Assembly (NCBI GenBank): GCA_040954595.2
Contig: CM082582.2
Location: 2,402,303-2,466,302, forward strand
DNA from: Balanoglossus misakiensis
Taxonomy: Eukaryota > Animalia > Hemichordata
DNA length: 64,000 nucleotides
Direction: 5' to 3'
In this document: positions 13,783 through 27,542 of the stretch, piece after piece
Layout of the letters: each line of letters opens with the position of its first letter
Position numbering within the stretch: the first letter of the stretch is position 1
Position numbers and translations under genes: made by a program
Notes under the pieces: generated by a model
What the model saw: only the letters and a program-made list of their open reading frames with translations
Databases searched by the model: none
Told to the model about the DNA's origin: nothing

Positions 13783-16304
13783 TTAACTTGAAATAGCTTA
13801 TGTACATAATTATTGTGTTAAAGTTTAATACTTCATTAGGTGTTCCAGTCCACCAAATTTGAAGGCTGTATCTGCTGTACATTCCAAGGCATGGGATAGT
13901 AGATCAAAGGTCATTGCCAAAATTATCAAAAGATTTGGGTTTTGTCCTGGCAGTAGTAGTACTCGTGTGAACAAAATCATGACTGCTGTGCTTTTTAACA
14001 AGAGGCATATCCACATAAAATAAGTTCTGGAATAACTGGATCAAAGGACAAGCGAGAGTCGCAAATAAATTGTTTAAATCAAGTTCTGTAAAAACTTGAT
14101 CGAAGAACATGTGAAAGTAGTCTAATAATTGTGATATATTCTGGTCATATGGTGACTCATATCCATAAAAAGAATTTGTGTGGTTTCAATGAGCAGGCTA
14201 GAAATAGGAAATATTAGTCTTTTATCAGAGATCAGAAAATCCAATTTGGCTCAATAAGGTTTACCCAATCACAATTTACTTGAAAACTTGATTAGAAAAA
14301 GATTTGTGAAATTTTTCATGAGATTTTTCAAAAATCCAATATGGCAACCAAAGTGACATGACCACTAATGATATTGTTGTCAAACATTGAACCGCACAGT
14401 AAATTAGAACTTGATTTGCCTTGTAGTTGTTGAAAAGATGTCAATTTTTAAGGGTTATCAGAATATCCAATATGGCCACCATTAAGAAGAAATGGGACAG
14501 GCCCAAGCGGTTAGCATGGTTCCAACAGAAAGCAAAGGCTGTTTTGTTGTGGATGCCAAGAAATGGTAAAGTAAGCCAGAGGTCACGCAAAATTGTGACA
14601 CAAATTTTTGATCTTAAACTGATCAGTGTCCAACAAAAACCAGACTTGTAAGCTCCATTTGTTTACTTGAAATAGCTTATGTACAAAATTATTGTGTTAA
14701 AGTTTAATACTTCATTAGTTGTTTCAGTCCTCCAAATTTGAAGACTGTATCTGCTGTGCATGCCAACTTATGGAAAAGTAGATCAAAGGTCATTGCCATA
14801 ATTAGCAAAATATTTTGGTTATTTCCTGGCAGCAGCAGTACTCATGTGAACAAAATCATGACTGTTGTGCTTTTTAACAAGAGGCATATCCACATAAAAT
14901 AAGTTCTGGAATTACTGGATCAAAGGGCATATCCACATAAAATAAGTTCTGGAATTACTGGATCAAAGGACATGCGAGAGTCGCAAACAAATTGTTTATT
15001 CAAGTTTTATTATTGTCATTGAACCGCACAGTAAATTAGAACTTGATTTGCCTTGTAGTTGTTTTATAAGATGTCAATTTTTAAAGGTTATACGAAAATC
15101 CAATATGGCCGCCATGAAGAAGACAATTAAAACTAAAAGCAGCATTGGAGGGACCAAAGCGGTTAGCATGGTTCCAACAGAAAGCAAAGGCTTTATCTGT
15201 TATGGATGCTGAGAAATGGTAAGTAAGCCAGAGGTCACGCAAATTTTGGCCAACAAATTTTGATATCAAACTGAGCTGTGTCCAACAGAAAACAGACTTC
15301 TAAGCTCTTTTGGTTCACTTGAAATAGCTTATGTACATAATTATTGTGTTAAAGTTTAATACTTCATTAGGTGTTCCAGCCAAAAAAATTTGAAGACTGT
15401 ATTTGCTGTTTATTCCAAGTAATGGGATAGTAGATCAAAGGTCATTGCCAAAATTATCAAAAGATTTGGGTTATGTCCTGGCAGCAAAGGTCATTGCCAA
15501 AATTATCAAAAGATTTGGGTTATGTCCTGGCAGCAGTCGTACTCATGTGAACAAAATTATGACTGTTGTGCTTTTTAACAAGAGGCATATCCACATAAAA
15601 TAAGTTCTGGAATTACTGGATCAAAGGACATGCGAGAGTCGCAAACACATTGTTTAATCAAGTTCTGTAAAAACTTGATCAAAGAACATGTGAAAGTAGT
15701 CTAATAATTGTGATATATTCTGGTCATATGGTGACTCATATCCATAAAAAGAATTTGTGTGGTTTCAATGAGCAGGCTAGAAATAGGAAATTTTAGTCTT
15801 TTATTGGAGATCAGAAAATCCAATTTGGCTTCAATAAGGTTTACCCAATCACAATTTACTTGAAAACTTGATTAGAAATAGATTTTTGAAATTTTTTAAT
15901 GATATTTTTTCAAAAATCCAAAGCCACATGACCACTAATGATATTATTGTCAAACATTGAACTGCACAGTAAATTAGAACTTGATTGGCCCTGTAGTTTT
16001 TGAAAAAAATGTCAACTTTTAAAGGTTATCCGAAAATCCAATATGGCCGCCATGAAGAAGACAATTAAAACATTTACTAAAAGCAGCATTTGAGGGACCA
16101 AAGCGATTAACATGGTTCCAACATAAAAATGCAAGATTCACAGAAGATTACTTCTTTCAGTTTTACAGGAGATCATCTAAACTTGTAAAAAAATCTCTCT
16201 ATTTTTTGCATGGCACCATGGTAAGATATGAAAATTTGCAATGTTTGATGTTCCGTGTCTCAATCATGTTTTATCTAATTTTCACGAAATTTCCAGATTA
16301 TATT

Positions 16305-16742
16305 GAACACCTATTGCCTGGCCATGAGGGCCATAGCGGCCGTTTATTACACCGGAGGGGTTGTGAGTTACCAGAATCATATGCTATTTCCCGAGGCCGC
16401 AGGCCGAGGGAAATAGCGTATGATTCTGGTAACTCACAGCCACGTGGGGGTAAAAACGGCTGCTATGGCCCGAATATAGGCCAGGCTATAGGTGTTTTAT
16501 AATAAACCTCATGCTGACAGTTTTGGAAAATCATGCAATTTTCTCTTGAGGTTGGCAGACGACATCTTCAGCGGTGGCCATTGTGTCAGACGCGACGCTG
16601 ATTGACGTGACCACGTTTGTCATGTGACCGGTTTATATTTTTTCTGCTATTTCCCTAACGGTTCATAGTCGATTCTATTTTCCTATCACGTGACGGATTC
16701 TGGCGAATCACGGCACAGTATTAGCATGAGGTATATTATAAT
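16305..16742. mobile_element. Double fold-back non-autonomous element, possibly Crypton-type
   Basis: A ~190-bp imperfect palindrome centred on CCGAGGCCGCAGGCCGAGG is followed by a second inverted pair ACCTCATGCT / AGCATGAGGT. The element is absent from the other two copies of the 1.4-kb unit. Confidence 0.75.
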
Positions 16743-19700
16743 ACAATATATGTGCAGATACAGATAGTGACTTAAGTTTTTGATATCTGGATTATAATTT
16801 AAATTCCCAGGCGCTCAAATATGGTAAACCTAGCATTTTACCATTGCAAATGGGCGGCCATATTGGGTTGACATTTCATTAGATGGCAATATTTTTTTAT
16901 ACACTGCAATTTGCTGAAAATCAGTTCAATCACTGTAGTAAGTGGAAATACTTAAAGTCTTGTGTATTTTAGCAATCATAAAGCTGATATTACTACCAAA
17001 AACATTTTATACAGTTACTTCTGAACAGCAAAAATTGCCATCATTCAAGTCAAAGTCTCAGATCGGCCCTTTTGCTTGCCTGTGTCGAGTGGATATCAAA
17101 AGTGGAGAAAGTTGGATAGTTTAATTTCTACATGTTACCTGTACTATCCTTGTAGACTATTAACATTAACAAGAATTTCATATTAAATTTTGGTATGATA
17201 TGCATGGAAAGACTGGCTGGCTATAAATCATGAAAATGGACGCCGTTGCACCATACAGTTTTTACTGCACACACATGTATTTTAAGCACACTGTGTCTTT
17301 CATGTATTCCACTTTTCTCCCTTCCTTGCTGGCTTTGTCTATTTCTTTTCTGACTGTGTCTTTATGAAATTACTGATTTTTTTTTGGTAATTCAACTTCT
17401 GGCTCAAATAAATGTACTAGAGCTGGTAAGGTTTCCTGAACATTAATCCCTGTATCTTTAACGCAGGTGTGCAAGTTCATATAAAGTTCATTGGTTAAAG
17501 GAATATTATGAGCTGATAAATTTACTAAGCTCTTCTTTCCAGTTAGAAGCTCTGCTATATTATCAACTACTCTCAATGCTACTTCAATAATGTTGCCTGT
17601 GCAAATTGACAATCAAAATATCCATTAGTTAGACAACATATTTGGTTGGGTAATTACAGAATAATTACTTTAATTCCATGCATACTCTACCTAAACTCAA
17701 ATTAGAATATATAACTGAAATTATAATTATAAACAGGTCTATGAAATGCTAAGAAAATGTAAAATCTAGGAAAGAACACCCATGGGCATTCAGCTCTTAG
17801 CAGATAACATCAGTCACTTTGAAGACATGTCACTTCCCAGACTTTACTAAAAAAACTTCAAACTCTGAAGTGAAACGCATCTCCAAAAAATCCAATATGG
17901 CAACCATGAAGAAGACAATTAAAGCAACATGCTGCATTGCAGGGGCCAAAGTGGTTTGCATGGTTCCAACATAAAAATGCAAGATTCACAGAAGATTACT
18001 TCTTTCAGTTTTACAGGAGATCATCTAAACTTGTAAAAAAAATCTCTCTATTTTTTGCATGGCACCATGGTAAAATATGAAAATTTGCAATGTTTGATCT
18101 TCTGTGTCTCGATCATGTTTGATCTAATTTTCACGAAATTTTCAGATTATATTACAATATATGTGCAGATACAGATAGTGACTTAAGTTTTTGATATCTG
18201 GATTATAATTTAAATTCCCAGGCGCTCAAATATGGTAAACCTAGCATTTTACCATTGCAAATAGGCGGCCTTAATTGGGTTGACATTTCATTAGATGGCA
18301 ATATTTGTTTATACACTGCAATTTGCTGAAAATCAGTTCAATCACTGTAGTAAGTGGAAATATTTAAATTCTGATGTATTTTTAGCAATCATAAAGCTGA
18401 TATTACTACCAAATAAATGCTATACAGTTACTTCTGGACAGCAAAAATTGCCATCATTCAAGTCATAGTCTCAGATCGGCCCTTTTGCTTGCCTGTGTCG
18501 AGCGGATATCAAAAGTGGAGAAAGTTTGATAGTTTAATTTCAACATGTTACCTGTACTATCCTTGTAGACTATTAACATTAACAAGAATTTCATATTAAA
18601 TTTTGGTATGATATGCATGGAAAGACTGGCTGCTTATAAATCATAAAAATTGACGCCGTTGCACCATACAGTTTTTACAGCACACACACGTATTTTAAGC
18701 AAACTGTGTCGTTCATGTATTCCACTTTTCTCCCTTCCTTGCTGGCTTTCTCTGTTTCTTTTCTGACTGTGTCTTTATGAAATTACTGATTTTTTTTTGG
18801 TAATTCAATTTCTGGCTCAAATAAATGTACTAGAGCTGGTAAGGTTTCCTGAACATTAATCCCTGTATCTTTAACGCAGGTGTGCAAGTTCATATAAAGT
18901 TCATTGGTTAAAGGAATATTATGAGCTGATAAATTTACTAAGCTCTTCTTTCCAGTTAGAAGCTCTGCTATATTATCAACTACTCTTAATGCTACTTCAA
19001 TAATGTTGCCTGTGCAAATTGACAATCAAAATATCCATTAGTTAGACAACATATTTGGTTGGGTAATTACAGAATAATTACTTTAATTCCATGCATACCC
19101 TTCCTAAACTCAAATTAGAATATATAACTGAAATTATAATTATACACAGGTCTATGAAATGCTAAGAAAATGTAAAATCTAGGAAAGAACACCCATGGGC
19201 ATTCAGCTCTTAGCAGATAACATCAATCACTTTGAAGACATGTCACTTCCCAGACTTTACTAAAAAATACTTCCAACTCTGAAGTAAAACGCATCTCCAA
19301 GTTGCATACACAATACTATAATATACTGTTAGAGATTTATAATGTTTTAAGTGAAAAAAATACAGAGATGTAAATACCCCTGCCATTTATTCAGTGACAT
19401 GTAATGCTGCCATTATGCACTGATTGACTCTAGCCACTTTCCCAGTAGGAGGAAAAAGACCATATGCCGACTTCAGCATAAAAATCTCAGTTTACTCTGG
19501 CTAATTATATTGGAGTTCTTATCAGTGTTTCGGGACGCTTAGATGATAATCGTTGAAATGGACAACACCAACATATGACGTTAACAAGCGGGAAGAAACA
19601 AAAGTTACTCAGTTTTTGGCATTTTATTTTTATTTGCAAGACCGAGAAATTAAAATATGACAAGTTTAGAAATCAATCAGATTATACAGCATGTCCCACT

Positions 19701-19799
19701 TTGAATGGTGGCCATATTGGATTCTGAACTCCCTAGTAATATAAACATATAGTGTACTTAGTGAGTCTCAGTATAGGGTAATCAACACAATCAGACAAA

Positions 19800-20270
19800 A
19801 CTTGGGTTACCCATTGGAATATTCCTATCAAATTTCAAAGCAATCCCATATGCAGTTTCAGAAAAATCAGTATTTTCTCCAAAATTGTATAATATCTTAC
19901 TTCAATCGCTTCAGGGAACATGCCTACCAAAGCTCAAGGCGATCTGACATGCAGTTTGAAAGAAAATAATTTTTGATGAAAAATTCCACAACTTTCACAC
20001 ACAAAACGCAAATATGTAAATTTCAAGTATTTTTTTTAAACATCTCATTTAATTATCCCCAAGGAACAAGCCTACCAAATTTGAAAGCAATCTCACAAGC
20101 GGTTTTAGAGGAAACAATTTTTGACCAAAAATGGCAAAAATTGCTACAAAATTATAAATATGCACATTTTTCATCAACCAGGTTTTCATCAACTGGGACC
20201 ACACATACAAAAGTATGCTTCCAAGCAACACGACTCTAGGAGAAAAAATCCTTGTCGCCCTGGTCAAAAA
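19800..20270 (+). repeat. Interspersed repeat with internal CCAAATTTCAAAGCAATCTGACAAGCGGTTT modules
   Basis: The same modules occur at about 23330-23900 and 44400-45130. Confidence 0.65.
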
Positions 20271-23200
20271 ATTGGCTTATACTAAAACATCAAATCGGTT
20301 ATCTCTCAAAGCTAAAAGGGTTATCACCAAACAGATTACAATGCCTAAGTTAAAATGTTTAAGACATTTTCTTTAGTTGTGGTTTTGGTTTTATCGGTTT
20401 TCCCAATAAAAATTAGGATAATTTTTTAAGTATGCCAACGGAGAGGTGGAAATCTCACCAGAAAAGCGAAAATACACCAACCACGTTTAAACCGTAAAAT
20501 TAAAAAAAAAACACCTGCAAACACCGAGGTGACTCATATAAAAACCTCAAAGAACGTATGGAATTATGTATGGAAAAATACCGTGGTTTCCTGACCTTCC
20601 GCTAAACAAAGACTATACGTATGGAACTATCGTTCCGTCCACCAGCAAAGAGACTTTCCAGAGAAAAACGTTCTACCCGTACCTTATGTCGCCATAGTGA
20701 CGTGCCATTTTGCCACAACCGTTCGACAGTATGGTCGACTATTTTGACACTAAACATCCTGCAGCGCTGCCATCCTTTTCAATCTCACAAACTGGCCCTA
20801 CGTGCGCTTAGGCAAGAGGCCTAGCAATAAAATTCTCACAAAATATAACCCTATAAATATGACTAGACTTTCTCGATTATGACTTCCTGGTCTCCTGATT
20901 CGGGAGCCAGCGCAGCCATACCCAGAATAGCCGAGAGGCTAGCTGCACGCCCGTAGCTCGGAATTGTTTCTGGAATTAAACCTACTTCTGTTCAACTACA
21001 AGGTGTTGTACGGATAGCTGCAAGTCACCCAATACCAGACAAAACAATCGAGTGACGGTAACATAGCTAAATAGGCTATTGTACTAAAAGCAATGATTTG
21101 ATTATGAGCCTACCGAAAAGACGTCTTGATCCCGCGGCAAGTAGAAGGAAAGTGGTCGAAACCCGGCGTCGCACACCGGAAACGGATCAATGATCACCTG
21201 TTGTTATGGTGAGTAGAACGTGTTACCCAATCACAGACCAAAGTTAGCATTACGACACACTAATGAATATGCATACATGCTACAGCTGCATATTTTATTT
21301 CTTTAGAACGCTCTGGAACATGCTCGCATTCGAAAGAATATCTCATTTGCTTTTTGAGTGTGAGTGCCTCATTGTCTACACAATAAAATCGGGGGGGGGG
21401 GGGCACAGTGGGTAATTTCTACCACAGCCACGCATTTCAAACCAGGCAAGCGAACTGCAAACTTCCGATGTCTGAGCAACGGGTTTGATGTGCCTTGTGT
21501 TGTGAACACTTATTCGACTTCGAGGAAACAGAGCTATAATACTTCCTAATGTGTTTCTCTTTCTGTGTCATTTTGGTCAGTCAGACCACGATACCCGAGA
21601 TCGTAAACTGCTTGGGTTAGGTCGCTTAGGAGGCTGCAACTGCGGCCACAGGTCATGTCGGTGTGTGTTGTAAACAAACATGGTAAATGCCTCCCGCACA
21701 GCAACACGCTCGCTCTACCAGCAGTCACTGTGCTCTACCGTACTGTCGATCGTTTCCATGTCAGTTTCACGTTGGCTCGTTATAATGTCCCTATGCTTAT
21801 CGTAATCTCGGGATCGTAATTATTATTTTATTATTATTATGATTATTATTTATCTTTATTTCAGACACAACCGTCCATAGAAATAGGTTACAAAAACTGA
21901 CAAAAACACTAGAAAAGTAATAAATAAAATAAATGTAAAAAATATAATAGTTTTAAGAATCAATGTAAAATGTCAATCCAGTGGGTATGTAGTCCATAAA
22001 AGCGCATATCTCATGAGACAAGACGATTGATCAAAACATTGGGACTAGTACAGAGACGAACAGAAAAATTAAAAGCGACTTTTCTTCTCATGACGGAGAA
22101 GCAGTTTACGGCGTTTAGAACAAATATTTTAGAGGCACTTTCGTGTCCGGGTGACCAAGAAGTCTTCGAAGTGCATTGTCGTGACATACGATGATATTCC
22201 GGATATTATAATCGCACCATAAATGAAAGTCATAAATGTTATTACAAAAAGCATTAAATAAACGCAATTTCACATCGACAGAACACGAATTGAACTTTCT
22301 CAGGAGAAAATTAGGCCTAGCCCTTCCACATGTTATGTATTCGTGTTATGATAGTCCCACTGATCTGACAACACGCTCGCTTTTATTGTGGCCTTTTGTC
22401 CCGTTCGCCAGCACTGTGTATAGGCCTGCGTTTTCCGTTAACAGACTATCCCGTTCGCCAACTTTACTGAACTGCAAATTGAAGAATCGGTTTGCAGCTA
22501 GGACGAAACGGCCGGGGTCGCGTACATTAAAGGCCGAACCAATAAGAATAAGTGCCGTAACGACTTGTTACCGACTGGGACGGCTACGAGCCAAGAGCAT
22601 ATTGCAGCTCAGTGTGGCAGGGCCGGTGGTGTGTCTTACGGGCGATGTCTCCACACACTGTACTGCTCTGTTTGATAAGAGTGTCCAAGCTTCGGACCAC
22701 GGTCATGTTCGGACTTATGTCTTAACTTTGCTTTGTAAACACATTACCAACGTACAACCCCTCCATGTTTGCAGAGAAATTAGATGAAGTCACATGGCGG
22801 AGTTCTCATCCTATCGGGATGCGTTTATCTCTGAATCGGCTGCTTTTCCATCGTCGAGTTTGATTTCATGTCCGATTCATAGTCGAGTTTTATGATGATC
22901 CCTGATTGATATATATTTTTTTCGGGGGGGGGGGGGGTTCCATGGGATTGATAATTCGAGGCAGGAGAAGAAATATGTCGACAGCGCAAATTGCCATTTT
23001 CTCGCTTTGTTTCGTCGATTTTGACAACTTCGCTCTGCATTGGTCGAGTGGTCTTAAATTTTACCCATCTAACAAAACAACTTTGTAGTCTATAAAGTGC
23101 TCCCAGCTGGAATAAACGTCGATTCAATTCGATTCATCATGAATTTGATCAAATTTTCTAAAAAACTCACTTGCGGGCGCTGCTCTCAATGAAAGCAGGT

Positions 23201-23329
23201 AACGTAACACAAACTGGTCGTTTTTTCATACTTGTGCTATATTAAAGTAGGAAGCGTGGCCAACGTTTGGACTTAATTTGTTGTTATTGACCTAATACCA
23301 CACGAGCTGATATGACCTAATTTCAAAAA

Positions 23330-23900
23330 ACTGTCCCAAAACTGCCAAACTCAAATATTCAAACATCACCATAATTGTACAATATCTTACATCAATCAGT
23401 ATAAGGAACATGCTTACCGAAGTTCAAAGCAATCTAACAAGTGGTTTCAAGGACAAAAACTTCTGACGAAAAATTGCAACAGTTAGGCCCTACCTCAAGA
23501 ACATAAATATGCACATTTCAGCAAAAATTTAACACAACTCACAATTGCTTAACCCTGAAAACATGCCTACCAATTTTCAAAGCAATCTGACAAGCGATTT
23601 CCGAGAAAACGAATTTTGACCAAAAATTGCAAAATTTGGCCCATAATTACAAATACGCAAACTTAGCAACAATTTGAAAAAAAAAACAAAGATCACCTAT
23701 AGGAAGCTTTATAATTATACTGAATTTTTTTTAGAGAAATCGACCAATCACTTTCATAGAAGATGTGGAAAAAATGACAAAAGTCATAAAAAGTAGAAAA
23801 TTCACGATATAAGGTCAAAACTTATAGAGCTCTGTGATGTTGGCAGAAGATATATGCATACCAATTTTCAAAGAAATCTGACCAGTAGTTTTCAGCTAAT
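23330..23900 (+). repeat. Second copy of the TTTCAAAGCAATCTGAC-module repeat family
   Basis: It shares modules with 19800-20270 and 44400-45130. Confidence 0.65.
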
Positions 23901-26900
23901 GTGTCCGAGATCAGACAAAAACAGAGAACAGAACAGCCAAAGTGAGAGAACAGAATAGCCAAAACTATCACCAGCGCTTAACTCCACATCTGAAAGCAAA
24001 CCATTTGTTAGAGCGATATTCAGGTCCTAAGAAAACCCAAACTTCAATCAGACAGAACATACTGGTAATCACAATTGCCTTCTGATTGGAATCTGTGCAG
24101 GAAAAGCAACAACAAATACTGATCCTCACCTGAAATCAAAGAGACAGACAGAAGCACTCATTTTATCAGAATATTTATTTTAAGTATGCAAAAATCCTAA
24201 CATGATATATCTGTCTACTTATTTATCATGATAGGAAAATTGTTGGAATAAAAATATCAAAGATATTCCTTCCTAATGCTGCATATAATATTTACATACT
24301 CTGGCAGTCTTGTAAATACAATGAAATGTTAGTCAAAAGCTCTTCTTAAGAACTGAGTAATTCTCAGTACAAAAAGCAATATGTGGAAAATACCAACTTA
24401 GCATCTTATGCAAAATCAACAAAATTGAGGAATGGTGTCCCCCCTCCCCTTCAGCACTATACATGATTCAACAGCCTCAGAGGGTCATTCTTCACACACA
24501 CATAAAATGAATGGCTGATTACATGAAATATTTTCGAAAGTCAATAAGTGGTCATGAAAGGCTCTTGTTTTTGTTAAAATAAAAAAATGTTAGGAAATTC
24601 AAGAAAAGTAAAAAGCAATGTATGTGAATATTGATATTAAAAACATGTGATTTTAATTGTTTGGCTACTATGGTCACTGGATAGAAGAGATTAGGACTCT
24701 TTAATGACTTTATTTGCATTTGAATAGTGAACTTTCCTTTTGACGTTGAACCCCCTAGCTGGACGAGAAAATGATCTAAATGTATCATGAACGTTTATTT
24801 TGTTGATACCATTCATTAATTTACCTTTTTAGGCATATATAAATGCATTATATCTCGATTGTAATTTGAGTGCATTTCGAGTCTATTAAAGTAGTTTTCG
24901 TCGTACGAGGTCTCCTTCACTCCAGTCACTTCCTTATAACAGACTATATTTCTTCACATGCATCTAATAGTTTGATTCTAACATACTTGTCACGGGTGTC
25001 GCCGTTCACCACAAAACACACCAACATGGTTTAAAGGTTTCACAAGACATAGGCCTATAACATTTCTTAACTGAAATTGAACAGGGACATCATCAGTTCA
25101 TATGTGTGGCCGGTCTGGCTACACAGGTGAACTGCTAAATTACGCACATGTATGGGAGTTCACCTACAGCAGAATACACAAACATTCATGCAAGTGAAAA
25201 ATACAGAAGTACAATTGAAGACTTGACGCAAGTTCAGACACCAATTACTTGTGCTAAAATGAGCCAGTAGAATGCACCTATATAAAAATGCTTCAAGCTA
25301 CAGGTAAAGTACAAGGAAAACTAACCTGAAATTGAACATAGACATCTTCAGTTCATACATGTGGCCGGTCTGGATACAGAGGTGAACTGACTAAGTATAT
25401 GCATGGTGTCCTTTTATATCAGCAATCTACACTATGGTGGCGCATTACCTTGAGTTCATTAGTCAAATGAAACATCCTGGTGGTTTGCATATAATTGAGA
25501 TCATCAAATAGACTGTAAGTTCTATCATTACTAGAAAGGTGTTCTCATGAATAAATGATTAAATGATGACTGCAAAGAATACAGGTGTTACATACATACA
25601 TATATTACATATATATTCAAGTGAACGAATGGTTCGGTCCAAATCCATTGTTTCCTGCTGGAAAGTTGGATGTCTACACAGGGAATTGGGTGAAAGGTGA
25701 GAGTGCTAAGAAAAAAGGCTGATGGTAATTTTCCATTTTTATCTAAATTGAATACATGTGTGGGCTTAATCTTTCCCAATAATGCTGACACACAAAAAGT
25801 TCATTGTTTTACCAAACTTTCCTTGAGAGTCGAATGAAGGCACTTGATATTAGCACAGAGACTGATTTTTTCCACACACCACTTTTCTCTTTTCATAGAG
25901 CTCCATTCAAATTTTGTACACAACAATGTAATAACATTGTCACTACCCAAGCCTAACTTTCAAATTACAATGTGACATTTCAAAACACTGTTAGACTCCC
26001 CAATGAACCATTAACTCTGGATCAGCATCCCTTCAAATTAGTGATAGCCCTGGGGTGAGTTTCGTTAATTTTGTTATAATGGTGTTATTTAATTGTTTGG
26101 CTGTAACACAAATTACTACATGGAAGTATAAACATGTTATGTCCACACATATGCTGTAGGTTCAGCTTCAATTCAATTTTCAGCAATCAGATCATAACAA
26201 ATTATTCCAAAAAAAATGAACATCAAGAGCTGGTGACTTTGTGGCTTTCACATGATAAATATAAACGTGTGAACATTGCCCCATGCTAGAGTGTGATATT
26301 AACACGTCTCAAACAACCTACAATTCTCTGTATATAATGAAACACATTCATTATAGCTGGATTAGTTGGTTCACAGGTAATCTGTAACCAGATAGGCTGA
26401 CCTGAGCAATCCATGTTTTTGCAAGTGTTTTATTGTCACTGTCATAGTGTGACTTCTTTGGTGTAATGCTCCACTGAACACAAGAGTATTAAAATTGGAC
26501 AGATAAATGACCAATAACACAAAGTCTGTGATTGGGTAATACAAATGATAAGTACACAACTGGAAGATCTGTCACTCAAAGTTTTGTCTATTGCTCTTTT
26601 CCCTGAGGGAGAAATAGAGAGCAATTTTAGAGATACGTTCTTCAGTTTAATGATCAGGCATTAATGAAATATTAGTCTAGTATATAGCTGTATTTTGTCA
26701 GCTTTGCTTCCAAAAACTATGCATGCCACTGCCCCAATAAAGCACGATACCCCTTGCTGGGAATTGTGATGTAATTAATATCACTTTGAAGTCAATCACA
26801 GACTTTTTTTTCCATTGATTGGTCAAAGGATACATGTGTTGTTAAGGATGAGTACCATTTTGACTTTAGATTAGCCTTGCCTTCACTGTATCTTTACACA

Positions 26901-27047
26901 CAATCACCATTGATCAGTTTATGTGCGTGACTTCAAGGGGGATGCTAGTTACATCACAATTCCCAGCAAGGGCTATCAGGCTTTATTGGGCCAGTGGCAT
27001 GCATGACTCTAAATGTTCGTTTTGGAAGCAGAAAAAATGGGTATATA

Positions 27048-27254
27048 CTGTAAAACATGAAATTTTCCCAACAGGAAATTTTCGCAATATCAAAAGTGGC
27101 GACTGTTATGTAATGATTAATTTTCGCATTCTCGAATTTCAATTCATCATTATTTCAGAAAAACATTTTTTTGCGACTTTTTAGTTTTCAGGTTATTTTG
27201 GCTCTTGCATGATTCATGCAAATTTATCGCTCGTGAAAATTTCCTGTTTTACAG
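27048..27254. mobile_element. TA-flanked MITE
   Basis: The ends read TA-CTGTAAAACA ... TGTTTTACAG-TA. A related copy lies at 41670-41874. Confidence 0.8.
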
Positions 27255-27542
27255 TACATCCTAAGTATCTTTTTTTCACACCAGAAGACAATGCATAGTT
27301 GCTTTGTGTATGGCAGACTTTGTATTACGATAGACACTGACAACCAGTTACATCTGTCTCGCATACAAATATGGTCATATTGAAATAAGGTATTACGATG
27401 GAAACAAAGTAAAGCTAATGCAAGAATTAGTACAGAACAAGTCTATTCTGTTACTACACTGGAATAACCATTCTGTGTTATTTGATCTGTTTAATTAAAG
27501 TCTACAGTCTCGTGTTCATTATAGTCAGTTTCCTGTATGAAT

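Larger units (their letters stand above)
3739..16120 (+). repeat. Complex modular macro-repeat (transposon-derived satellite-like array)
   Basis: The modules AAAATCCAATATGGCCGCC, CAAAGGTCA, GGTTAGCATGGTTCCAACAGAAAGCAAAGGCTG and CACATGACCACTAATGATATTATTGTCAAAC recur many times in shuffled order. The array begins AATTAAAGCTGCAAGCAGC. Confidence 0.85.
11005..19300. repeat. Three copies of a ~1.4-kb unit (about 11005-12960, 16123-17890 and 17971-19300)
   Basis: Each copy starts AAAAATG(T/C)AAGATTCACAGAAGATTACTTC and ends GCATCTCCAA. Near-identical ORFs occur at 12426, 17370 and 18783, the last two 1413 bp apart. Confidence 0.92.

Noticed and set aside
3170-16120. Recurrent short ORFs such as MISKFVGPNLRDL
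   Set aside because: They recur only because the underlying macro-repeat recurs. They show no domain signal and have inconsistent stops.
10467-21411. CACTGTG / CACAGTG heptamers as ends of a Transib/Chapaev-like element
   Set aside because: The match extends only a few bases and there is no target duplication or nonamer-like motif.
22236-22787. 183-aa plus-strand ORF
   Set aside because: There is no recognisable motif or splice context. It is probably a chance ORF in GC-richer DNA.
25071-25395. ~70-bp local duplication resembling repeated small exons
   Set aside because: There is no consistent open frame or canonical donor in both copies.
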